DNA of 32,000 nucleotides from Acutalibacteraceae bacterium (GTDB lineage Bacteria; Bacillota; Clostridia; Oscillospirales; Acutalibacteraceae): NCBI GenBank assembly GCA_045589395.1, contig JAZNOZ010000003.1, positions 25,576 to 57,575 of the forward strand, read 5' to 3'. Shown piece by piece: positions 16,408 to 24,465 of this stretch (position 1 is its first letter; each line of letters starts with the position of its first letter). The notes under the pieces were generated by a model. It saw only the letters and a program-made list of their open reading frames with translations, ran no database searches and was not told where the DNA came from. The position numbers and the translations under genes were made by a program.

Positions 16408-16867
16408 TAGGTATATTTGTAAGTCTGCCTTTTTTATTTTTTATGATTCTGATGATGCTATTGATGTTGTTCTTGAGGTTCCCCTCAGACATGCGAGAGC
16501 TGCAGCTCAGACTTATGATCGTAAGTTTTCTGTTGTTATAGAAAATCGTTTTATTTTTTGGTATTTGTATTATTTTTCTTTTTGATAGGGAAGTGTTATA
16601 TCTTCCCCTTAATCAGGCAGGGAGCGAAGCGATGTTCTGCTCATTAGACTTTTCAATATTTTCATCAGGGAGCTAAAGAAAATGTTGTAAAGTCGGTTTG
16701 CTTCCTGCGCAGCTGCAGCAGTTTTCAATGCCGTCATCAAGGAACATAAGACGGTGTTGTAAACTGTGAAAATGTTGTTTTTTAATATGGAAAAGGGGAG
16801 TACCAGCTCCCCGAAACACCGACCGACTATCAGCGGTGTTTCAACCACAAAATTTGAGGTGTGAAAA
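16408..16867 (+). other. structured intergenic region; candidate replication origin and/or packaging signal
   Basis: 12-bp palindrome GAGCTGCAGCTC (16497-16508). Hairpin GGGAAG-N8-CTTCCC (16588-16607). Direct repeats GAAAATGTTGT (16678-16688 and 16768-16778). Adjacent hairpins GGGGAG-N6-CTCCCC (16795-16812) and GAAACACCG-N12-CGGTGTTTC (16813-16842) lie just upstream of rep. The region is locally G+C-rich. Confidence 0.5.
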
Positions 16868-17950
16868 ATGCTCATAACTGTTGATACGCTTGACTTTGCA
16901 GTACCTGACTGCAGTATAGATTTTTTGTTGCGTTTTTTAAGGCTTGAAGATGTAGATTTTGAAGAAGGCAAAACAATGCGAGTAAACTATAAAAAGAGTT
17001 TGTATATTACAGGTTTGAAGATAGGTTATGATAATGATGTTTCAAAATACAGTTGTTATGTTAATATGTCCGGTCAAGGATGCAGATTATATGAAGATTT
17101 AATTGGTGACGGTTTTGATTGGTTTGTTTTCATTAAAAGTTTAATTGATTTGAATGTAGATTTCAGAAGAATAGATATTGCAGTTGATGATTATACAGAT
17201 TTAATTAATCCGAATAAGTTAATTAAATATTATGCAGCAGGCAAGTATGCCGGTTCTCTTCGTTCCTGTGAAGGTCATATTTTTAAGCGTGAAGAGTTTC
17301 AAGCCGGTGCCGACGGTGGGCATTTTATTGTTCGAGTGTATAACAAAGCTCTTGAGCGTGGCTATTCAGAAGAGGAGCTCGGACATCCTTGGGTAAGATG
17401 TGAAATGCAGCTTCGCGATAAAAAAGCTACACAATTTATTGATGAATGGATTTCATCAGGTGACTTGTGCAAAATATATTGCGGTCATTTGTTAGAGGGC
17501 ATTCGATTTTTAACTAAACCGAATGATTTGAAAAATTCTCAGCGTATTCCGGTAGCTCCGTTCTGGAAGAAGTTTTGCCATGATGCGCAGCGTATACCGT
17601 TTATAGGTGTTCCGGGAACAAAGTACAATTTATCTAAATTGGAGCGTTATTTGAAGCATCAGGTAGCTTCAAGTGTTCGTACATATATAGCAGTTAATCA
17701 TTTAACACCCGAAAGGCTGTATAAGTTTTTTGACAACGATGACATTAAACTTAATAAGGACCAGCTTGCTTTACTTAAAGTTCATGACAGAAATGATTAT
17801 TTATATTCAGAAATTTTTGATAATATGCCGGCAGATACAGTTGATAAGATTGCAACAAAGGAAGAAATTGAAGAAGATATAATTAATGCTATTATCGGCG
17901 CTGATGTCTATCAGGAGCCGCAGCAAATGAGGTTTGATGATGTTAAATAA
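16868..17950 (+). CDS. rolling-circle replication initiator, Rep_trans (pT181 RepC/RepD-like) family
   Basis: 360 aa. RIDIAVDD, HFIVRVYNKALERG (Tyr-containing block resembling the RepC/RepD active-site ..IRIYNK.. block, from memory) and WVRCEMQLRDKKA are present. GAGGTG lies 7 nt upstream. Confidence 0.8.
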   Translation: MLITVDTLDFAVPDCSIDFLLRFLRLEDVDFEEGKTMRVNYKKSLYITGLKIGYDNDVSKYSCYVNMSGQGCRLYEDLIGDGFDWFVFIKSLIDLNVDFRRIDIAVDDYTDLINPNKLIKYYAAGKYAGSLRSCEGHIFKREEFQAGADGGHFIVRVYNKALERGYSEEELGHPWVRCEMQLRDKKATQFIDEWISSGDLCKIYCGHLLEGIRFLTKPNDLKNSQRIPVAPFWKKFCHDAQRIPFIGVPGTKYNLSKLERYLKHQVASSVRTYIAVNHLTPERLYKFFDNDDIKLNKDQLALLKVHDRNDYLYSEIFDNMPADTVDKIATKEEIEEDIINAIIGADVYQEPQQMRFDDVK

Positions 17951-18146
17951 TGATGTTTTGTTGTTTTTATATTTCTCACAAAAAGAAACAGTTTTAACAG
18001 AATTATATGAACAAAAATTAACCGCCGTGACACATAGGCCACGACGGGATATTAAAGATGATGAAATTGTAGAGCTTCTTCAGCTCAGAGCAAAGCTTGA
18101 TTTGCTACATACAATCGAAACAGAGCTTCGAGGTCTGATAATCTGA
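17937..18146 (+). CDS. 69-aa protein overlapping the rep 3' end (unknown function; gX-position accessory protein)
   Basis: ATG 17937/17940 follows GAGG and overlaps the rep stop. The stop TGA 18144-18146 is the first triplet of the right direct repeat. Confidence 0.5.
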   Translation: MMLNNDVLLFLYFSQKETVLTELYEQKLTAVTHRPRRDIKDDEIVELLQLRAKLDLLHTIETELRGLII

Positions 18147-18195
18147 TTTAGGGAAGTTGCACAAAAAAATGCTGATAATTATACAAAATAAATAT
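18106..18195 (+). repeat. right copy of the prophage-flanking direct repeat (attR region)
   Basis: Partner of 11441-11530 (see that feature). Confidence 0.9.
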
Positions 18196-18205
18196 TTTGT
18201 ATAAT
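18178..18205. other. dif-like site with perfect 11-bp inverted arms around a 6-bp centre
   Basis: ATTATACAAAA (18178-18188), TAAATA (18189-18194), TTTTGTATAAT (18195-18205). The arms are exact reverse complements, giving the 28-bp 11-6-11 architecture of Xer substrates. Confidence 0.55.
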
Positions 18206-18483
18206 TTAGGGTAGTATTTTTAGCTAAAAATACACTTTTTTGGTACATTTCTGATAAATCTATGATTGTATCCTATATTTATATAGATCCTTTCTTTGGG
18301 TGATAATAACTGATTAAAATATCAAAAAAACACATTAAATTGTTCAACAAAAAAACTTAATTCAGTTTGTTTTGTATCTTAGTAAAATAAAAGCAATATC
18401 AGATTAAAACATTCTCGGCAATAAATATATTAAAAAATTTTTTCTGTTGAACACAAGCATTCAAAACTATTGCTTGAATAAAG

Positions 18484-18585
18484 TTATTTAGTATATTTTC
18501 TCAAAACATTTACAACACCAAGGCTTACTAATATAAGCACAATGGTTGCACGACGGGTTGCTGTGGCTCGCATTTTCTTGTTCAT
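18484..18585 (-). CDS. possible 33-aa basic single-TM peptide (type I toxin-like; uncertain)
   Basis: AGGAGGG lies 8 nt upstream of ATG 18585. Translation is MNKKMRATATRRATIVLILVSLGVVNVLRKYTK. It forms a G+C-rich island in an otherwise AT-rich spacer. Confidence 0.35.
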   Translation of the reverse strand: MNKKMRATATRRATIVLILVSLGVVNVLRKYTK

Positions 18586-18641
18586 TTATAAAGCCCTCCT
18601 GAAATAAGCTTATAGATTCAGTTATAAATGCTTTTTTATGT

Positions 18642-18684
18642 AAAAAAAACAGTATACAGATAGTTAGCAATTATCTGCATACTG
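18642..18684 (-). terminator. Rho-independent terminator of radA
   Basis: 13-bp inverted repeat CAGTATACAGATA (18650-18662) pairs with TATCTGCATACTG (18672-18684) with one mismatch. On the minus strand it is followed by U8 (A8 at 18642-18649). Confidence 0.7.
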
Positions 18685-18686
18685 AA

Positions 18687-18714
18687 ATTATACAAAATAT
18701 TTTTTTGTAAATCA
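18687..18714. other. second, degenerate dif-like site
   Basis: The same left arm ATTATACAAAA (18687-18697) is followed by TATTT(T) and then an imperfect inverted arm TTTTGTAAATC. One more isolated left arm lies at 18720-18730. Confidence 0.35.
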
Positions 18715-18754
18715 ACAAAATTATACAAAATATTTTTATAAAAAATAATATTTC

Positions 18755-20116
18755 TCAAATTCTGGCTTCTTCTAATGCTTTTCGGATGTTATCAACACCT
18801 ATAATTTCAATTTTATTTTTCAATTCAGCACTCAATTCTTTTTCATTATGCTTCGAAATAATGCATTTTTTGAAGCCTAAGCGCATTGCTTCTCTGACGC
18901 GCATATCGGCAAAGCTTACTGCCCTTATCTCCCCTGCCAGCCCTATTTCACCGAAAGCAATGCAATCATCTCTTAAAACAACATCCTTAAGACTCGAAAT
19001 CAAAGAAAGAGCAACAGGTAAATCCGAGGCAGGCTCATCTATTCTTAAACCGCCTGCAACATTTACATAAACATCACTTGTTCCGAGATAATATCCGGCT
19101 CTTTTTTCAAGCACGGCAATTATCATAGACATTCTGTTATAATCAAATCCGTTTGAGCTTCTTCTCGGGTTACCGAAGCCTGACTGGCTTACGAGTCCCT
19201 GAACTTCGGCAAGAATCGGTCTGGAGCCCTCCATAACACATGCAATGCAAGAGCCTGATACATTTACAGGTTTACCGGAGATAAGTGCCTGAGAGGGATT
19301 TTTCACCTCAATTAAGCCTACATCCTTCATTTCAAAAACACCTATTTCATTCGTTGACCCAAAACGGTTTTTTGCAGCACGAAGAATACGGTATGCTATA
19401 TTTTTTTCACCCTCAAAATAGAGCACACAGTCAACAATATGCTCTAACACCTTAGGTCCTGCAATATTGCCATCTTTATTTACATGTCCTATAAGGATAA
19501 TCGGTATATCAAGAGATTTGGAAACACGCATAAAAAGATTGGCACATTCTCTTACCTGTGAAATGCTGCCCGGCAAGGAATTAATTGCAGAAATACTCAT
19601 TGTCTGTACAGAGTCTATGATAACAACATCAGGCTTTTCATTTTTTATGTATTCACAAACTGCTTCAGCATCGGTATCACTTAAAATATAAAGATTTTCA
19701 CTTGTAACACCTAATCTGCACGCACGAAGCTTTATCTGGTGCGGAGATTCCTCTCCCGATACATAGAGAATTTTTTTATCTGCACCCAAAGTCTGAGTGG
19801 TTTGCAGCAGTAATGTGGATTTTCCTATACCGGGATCACCGGATAATAACACAATAGAGCCTTTAACAAGTCCCCCGCCGAGAACTCTGTTAAGCTCCCC
19901 TGTTCCCGTATCAAAACGGTGTTCTGTGTTATCAGCTATCTGTGAAAGTTTTAATGCGCTGATGCTTGAGCGTACAACAGTTCTTCCGGCATCTGTATTG
20001 AGAACTTCCTCTTCAAGAGTATTCCATGAACCACAAGACGGACATTGACCGCACCATTTTGCAACCTGCTGACCGCATTCATTACATACATATACTGTTT
20101 TTAACTTCCCTGCCAT
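18755..20116 (-). CDS. radA: DNA repair protein RadA/Sms
   Basis: N-terminal Zn finger CNECGQQVAKWCGQCPSCGSWNT, Walker A GDPGIGKST, the KNRFG motif and a Lon-like C-terminal domain. Confidence 0.95.
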   Translation of the reverse strand: MAGKLKTVYVCNECGQQVAKWCGQCPSCGSWNTLEEEVLNTDAGRTVVRSSISALKLSQIADNTEHRFDTGTGELNRVLGGGLVKGSIVLLSGDPGIGKSTLLLQTTQTLGADKKILYVSGEESPHQIKLRACRLGVTSENLYILSDTDAEAVCEYIKNEKPDVVIIDSVQTMSISAINSLPGSISQVRECANLFMRVSKSLDIPIILIGHVNKDGNIAGPKVLEHIVDCVLYFEGEKNIAYRILRAAKNRFGSTNEIGVFEMKDVGLIEVKNPSQALISGKPVNVSGSCIACVMEGSRPILAEVQGLVSQSGFGNPRRSSNGFDYNRMSMIIAVLEKRAGYYLGTSDVYVNVAGGLRIDEPASDLPVALSLISSLKDVVLRDDCIAFGEIGLAGEIRAVSFADMRVREAMRLGFKKCIISKHNEKELSAELKNKIEIIGVDNIRKALEEARI

Positions 20117-20121
20117 AAAAA

Positions 20122-20835
20122 TTATACATCCTTTTTTAAGATAAAATCCATAAGTCCTGTAACAATACAGTAGGATAACTGAGCATTATATACGGGATCC
20201 TTTAATTTTTTCAATTCCTCTGTATTTGACAAAAATCCGCATTCAACCATTACTGCTATCTGCTTTGCATTATATAACAAATATATACTATCACCCGATT
20301 CTTTTATTTCCCTTGCATTATCGGGTTGCAGACAATTTCTGACCTTTTCCTGTATATTTCGGGCTAAAACTGATGATTCCTCACGGTTTGCCGAATAAAA
20401 AACCTGTGTACCGCTATATTTGGGTTGAGTAAAAAAATTCTGATGAATACTTAACAGTATTGCATTTTCGGTTGAATTTACCAGAGCTTCTCTATTAAGT
20501 AAATCAGACATCTTTCGCTTGCGTACGGTATTTAACCCGTCATCACATACAGAAATATCCATATTGCGAACTGCTATATAATTTATTCCGAATAAATCAA
20601 AAAACAAAGCAATATTTTTAGTTATGTTTAAATTAATATTTTTTTCAACTGTTCCGTCTTGTGCAACAGCACCGCCATCTTCACCACCGTGACCTGCATC
20701 CAACACAACAGTATATTCTTTTGGTTTATTATAAGCCTCAACAGCTTCAAATGTAGCCGTTGAATTTTTTGATGTAACAAAAACAGCAACAGAAAAAAAT
20801 ATCACGAGTGAAACAAAAACACATAAAAACTTCAT
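20122..20835 (-). CDS. cwlD: N-acetylmuramoyl-L-alanine amidase, CwlD-like (Amidase_3)
   Basis: N-terminal TM anchor followed by VVLDAGHGGEDGGAV. Its size of about 237 aa is typical of the germination amidase CwlD. ATG 20835 (GAGGTG upstream) is preferred to the TTG at 20847. Confidence 0.75.
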   Translation of the reverse strand: MKFLCVFVSLVIFFSVAVFVTSKNSTATFEAVEAYNKPKEYTVVLDAGHGGEDGGAVAQDGTVEKNINLNITKNIALFFDLFGINYIAVRNMDISVCDDGLNTVRKRKMSDLLNREALVNSTENAILLSIHQNFFTQPKYSGTQVFYSANREESSVLARNIQEKVRNCLQPDNAREIKESGDSIYLLYNAKQIAVMVECGFLSNTEELKKLKDPVYNAQLSYCIVTGLMDFILKKDV

Positions 20836-20893
20836 AATACACCTCAAGATATGCTCTTGTTAGTTAATATGCGTTTTTTGTTGATAAAATGAA

Positions 20894-21433
20894 TTAATAT
20901 CTGAACAACTTTCTGAACCGCTTCTGTAAACGGAGAAAATATAAAATCTGCAATCTCGCAACAAGAAAATCAAAAAGAACAAAAACAATATTCATCATCA
21001 GAAAAAACAGATATGTCATATACTTTCCGCCATCAGTAAAATCACTGTAGTCAATATTAAAAACATACATCGAAACACAAACACTGCTTAATAAAGACAA
21101 ATTAAAAACAAACACTTTTATAATCCATTTAATTGCTTTTAATTTTATTTTCTTATCAAGGAAAATTCTTAAAATCGGATAAAAGCCAAAAAAACAAGTG
21201 AAAAATGTTGCAGCTTCTTTATCCGCAATCAGAAATAACGATAACAAGCTCACGGCAACATATGTTCCGATTGCACGGGAAAAACCTACTTCATTTACAA
21301 TCAGAAGCAATATTAGTCCTGCAAATGGTGGAGCAGTATAAACCAATACAGGAGAAATATAGGTAATCATCATTATAACAACTGCCAAAGCCGCAACAAT
21401 TCCGCAAAGTGCAGCTTTTGAACTTTCGCGCAT
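20894..21433 (-). CDS. polytopic membrane protein of unknown function
   Basis: 179 aa with 5-6 hydrophobic helices. I recognise no diagnostic motif. Confidence 0.6.
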   Translation of the reverse strand: MRESSKAALCGIVAALAVVIMMITYISPVLVYTAPPFAGLILLLIVNEVGFSRAIGTYVAVSLLSLFLIADKEAATFFTCFFGFYPILRIFLDKKIKLKAIKWIIKVFVFNLSLLSSVCVSMYVFNIDYSDFTDGGKYMTYLFFLMMNIVFVLFDFLVARLQILYFLRLQKRFRKLFRY

Positions 21434-21460
21434 TATTTATCTTACTCCTTTTTTGTTTTG

Positions 21461-22624
21461 TTAAAATGCTATTTTCTCTTCGGAAAGAATATGGTTATTA
21501 CTATCGGTAAATCTAATTTCTGCAAAGTTTCCCGAAAGTGTTATTGCTGCACCAACCATTGATTTTTTTGCAGTATTATTAATAGGTTTTCCTCCGATAA
21601 TTATCGGACAATTAATACCTTTATTGTCATATTTGCCACCGACTTCACAAACCTCATATCTATGCAGATGTCCTGCCAGATAAAAATGAGGTTTAATTTT
21701 TTCGCGCAAAATATCACACCAGTGCGTGTAAAGCTCAGTTTCAATATTAAAAGGGCATTCTCCATCGCATTCATGGGTATTATTGTGATAAAACGGAATA
21801 TGAGATACAACGATTTTATATTTTACATTTTCGCTGAGATATTCTTGTTTTGCATTGTCAACTATCTTTTTAATAAATTCGGTTTCCTCTTCTCTGAACT
21901 GGTGACAGGCAATTGTTGAACTGTATTCAATATGTGAATCTGACTTATCTTCCCCACTGTCAAGAAGAAGCAGCCACAAGTTATTAAGCTTTACACTATA
22001 GTACGAATTTCCCTGCTGTACCGGCATCAGCATATCCAGCTTTTCAGCCATTTTACCTCTTAAATCATGATTGCCTCTTGATATAACACAGGGAATTTCA
22101 CCTTTTGTCACATTATAAGCTATATCATATGTCAGAAGAATATCAGCAATCTTAGAAGAGCTGGAGGCTATATCACCGTTGAGTATCAGTAAATCAAGCT
22201 CTTTGCCGAAAAAAGATGCTGTATCAACAGAAGGCTTTAACAAACCGTGAGAGTCTGAAATATGATAGATGTTTATATTATTGCTCTTCTCAAGAGGCTT
22301 AAACGAATATTCAAGTTCACCCGTTTCGCCTTTTATGCAGCTGTATGCCATACGCTTTATCATTTCTTCGTAAACAACAGTATATTTTTTTGCGCTATTG
22401 AGTACCTCCTGAGGAACTATAAATCTTTGCACAGGAACATCGGTTCTTCTTATTCCGTTGGAATGATTAGCATATATCTTATCGCCGACAACAATACTCA
22501 TCAAAACTTTTTTCTTCACAGGAACCATTATATGATAATCTGCTCCGACAGCACAAACAACAGGACCGTTTCTGAGTATTTTGGAATTATTTTTTATCAT
22601 AAAACCCCATATAATTAAAACCAT
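21461..22624 (-). CDS. calcineurin-like metallophosphoesterase
   Basis: Motifs ISDSHG, NGDIAS, SRGNHD and AGHLH are present in the canonical order. The start is ambiguous between 22624 and ATG 22600. Confidence 0.8.
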   Translation of the reverse strand: MVLIIWGFMIKNNSKILRNGPVVCAVGADYHIMVPVKKKVLMSIVVGDKIYANHSNGIRRTDVPVQRFIVPQEVLNSAKKYTVVYEEMIKRMAYSCIKGETGELEYSFKPLEKSNNINIYHISDSHGLLKPSVDTASFFGKELDLLILNGDIASSSSKIADILLTYDIAYNVTKGEIPCVISRGNHDLRGKMAEKLDMLMPVQQGNSYYSVKLNNLWLLLLDSGEDKSDSHIEYSSTIACHQFREEETEFIKKIVDNAKQEYLSENVKYKIVVSHIPFYHNNTHECDGECPFNIETELYTHWCDILREKIKPHFYLAGHLHRYEVCEVGGKYDNKGINCPIIIGGKPINNTAKKSMVGAAITLSGNFAEIRFTDSNNHILSEEKIAF

Positions 22625-22756
22625 CTAGAAACGGGGGATTTTAATTATTTTCCTTTCTTTAAAAATTGGGCTTACATTTGCAGGAGGAGCTACCGACAAA
22701 ATAATTAAAACAATTATCAGTCAGAATGTTGGTTAAAATCTGTTGTTTCAACTGAA

Positions 22757-24217
22757 TCACAATCCATATTTTCGTATAAAATATGACGGTGTACAGCTCC
22801 ATGCGTGGCAAAGGCTGTTTATCATTCTATCATTGTATGGAGAAAAATCAAGCTCATCGGGCACATAAACTTCCCAAAACGTATCTGCACCAAGCTCAAC
22901 CATACCGCCCCAAAGCAATTTCAGATATTGTACTGCTTCATCTCTCATTCCCAGTTTAAGCATAGCCTCAACAACATAATGGTGCATATATGGTGTGCAT
23001 GGTTGTTTTGCACTTTTGTTATCAAGGGAATTGAGAAGCAGAATTTTTGCTTCATCTCCGTCAAGCACACCCCCCAATATCATCCATACCTGCGAATGAA
23101 CACTGAATTGGTTGTTATCAAAACTGTTGATAAATGCTTTTTTGTTTTCATCGTAAAGATATTTTTTGCTAGCTGAACGCACTTCAGAAATAAGAGATAC
23201 ATATTTCTCATAATCTTCATCACCGATTGCTTTTATCAAAGTCGAAAAGCGTTCAAGTGTATAAAGATAAACGCCTTGCAATGAGGTAAGAACTTCAAGA
23301 CCGGGGCACCAATCGATAAATGCATACCAACCGTCTTGTTTTGTTACAATAAGATTTTTGTCAAGAGTTGCTCTGAAACATTCAAGCTGTGATTTGCAAA
23401 TATTGAGAAGGTCATTCACAACATTCATATCACCGGTATGTTCATAATAATCACATACGCTAACAACATACAGCAAAGCATAGTCCTCGATATGAGCTTC
23501 ACCGGAATGATAATAGGGAGTTTCATAGACAAATGACGGCAAAAAACCGAGGCTGTTACATCCTCCAGCTGCAAAAAGATATATACATCTTTTTACAATT
23601 TCAAGGTTGTTGAATGTGTAATAATTTGTTAAAGCTTCAAGGCGTAGATCGCCGATCCATAAACGGCGGTCGCGCTTAGGACCATCCTCAAAAACCGTCT
23701 GCATACATTCTTTAAGTGTGTTTGTTGCAACAAGGTCAATTTTGTTCAACAGAGTATCCGATGAATTTACAGCTTCAATCGACAATATATCGGCACTTGT
23801 TGAAGCACGGAAATCAAAATCGAAAAGTCTTATCGGTCTTGTTGTTCTGTCTATGATGATTTTTATGTATCTGCAAGCGTATCTTCTCGGCAAGGTTATT
23901 TTCTTAGGATAATCAAGATTGATTATTTCTTCCTGCAACCATGTTTTTGAAAGTGTACCATTGTATTGAGAGAAATCATCATTGATTTCTTTCATATCCT
24001 CGCCGAATTTGATAATCAACCGAATGGGAGCATCAACAAAAACATTGACTCTGTCAAAGGCAAATGAAAAATGCCCTACAGCATGTTCACCGAGGTCAAG
24101 AATAAAACTGTCACCGGTTGAGACAATAAATTCATTATCAGCAGGAGCTATATTTCTGTAATACAGTGCAGGCATATTATCCTGTGCTTTAGCTAAAAAA
24201 TAATTTTTATCTTTCAT
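22757..24217 (-). CDS. six-hairpin (alpha/alpha)6 glycoside hydrolase, GH78 alpha-L-rhamnosidase-like
   Basis: PKRDRRLWIGDLRLEA resembles the GH78 RDERLGWTGD block, and the C-terminal SLCHAWSCTPSYF resembles the GH78 SLCHGWSA.P block. There is no signal peptide. Confidence 0.6.
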   Translation of the reverse strand: MKDKNYFLAKAQDNMPALYYRNIAPADNEFIVSTGDSFILDLGEHAVGHFSFAFDRVNVFVDAPIRLIIKFGEDMKEINDDFSQYNGTLSKTWLQEEIINLDYPKKITLPRRYACRYIKIIIDRTTRPIRLFDFDFRASTSADILSIEAVNSSDTLLNKIDLVATNTLKECMQTVFEDGPKRDRRLWIGDLRLEALTNYYTFNNLEIVKRCIYLFAAGGCNSLGFLPSFVYETPYYHSGEAHIEDYALLYVVSVCDYYEHTGDMNVVNDLLNICKSQLECFRATLDKNLIVTKQDGWYAFIDWCPGLEVLTSLQGVYLYTLERFSTLIKAIGDEDYEKYVSLISEVRSASKKYLYDENKKAFINSFDNNQFSVHSQVWMILGGVLDGDEAKILLLNSLDNKSAKQPCTPYMHHYVVEAMLKLGMRDEAVQYLKLLWGGMVELGADTFWEVYVPDELDFSPYNDRMINSLCHAWSCTPSYFIRKYGL

Positions 24218-24465
24218 ATATTAAAGTTCTCGCATTCGGTAATATTTATTTATCAATCTGATTATAGCACTATAACCCCAAAAGAGCAAGACAAAGCATT
24301 GCAAAAAAAGTTCTTCGTTTATTATTAAATCTTTGAGTATGATTTGTCATGAGAATAAAAACGCTCTTATTAAGAGAATATATAAAAAAAGGAAAAGCCT
24401 GACAGACAAACAAAAAAGTATTAAAGCATAATAATTACTAACTTGCTTGTGAAAGGTGTTTTTCT

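Larger units (their letters stand above)
11479..18195 (+). mobile_element. integrated filamentous-phage (inovirus-like, Tubulavirales) prophage; unit length 6665 bp between the repeat copies
   Basis: The element is flanked by direct repeats. It holds an XRE repressor, a gV-like gene, a pIII-like gene, a run of translationally coupled small membrane proteins, a pVIII-like coat gene and a Zot/pI-like ATPase. These are followed by a structured intergenic region, a Rep_trans initiator and a 70-aa ORF. There is no secretin, portal, terminase or tail gene. Confidence 0.75.

Noticed and set aside
16316-16585. 89-aa + ORF overlapping the end of the Zot-like gene, considered as a frameshift-fused C-terminal (TM) extension of pI
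   Set aside because: No slippery sequence was seen at the overlap, the start is a non-ATG inside the upstream gene, and only the last roughly 12 residues are hydrophobic. It is kept only as a resequencing check.
16609-16971. 120-aa minus-strand ORF spanning the intergenic region and the rep start
   Set aside because: It overlaps the rep start and the origin-like hairpins, has no RBS, and gives a Ser/Lys-rich low-complexity product. It is more plausibly non-coding structured DNA.
11479-18195. Interpretation as an integrative mobilisable element or ICE fragment, with Rep_trans acting as a MOBT-type relaxase
   Set aside because: There is no coupling protein or T4SS gene. The pVIII-like coat precursor, the Zot-family ATPase and the string of tiny membrane proteins fit a filamentous virion much better.
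18488-18670. 60-aa minus-strand ORF from the track
   Set aside because: It begins within the radA terminator hairpin and has no RBS. The shorter 33-aa ORF in another frame has a strong RBS, so the 60-aa frame is likely spurious.
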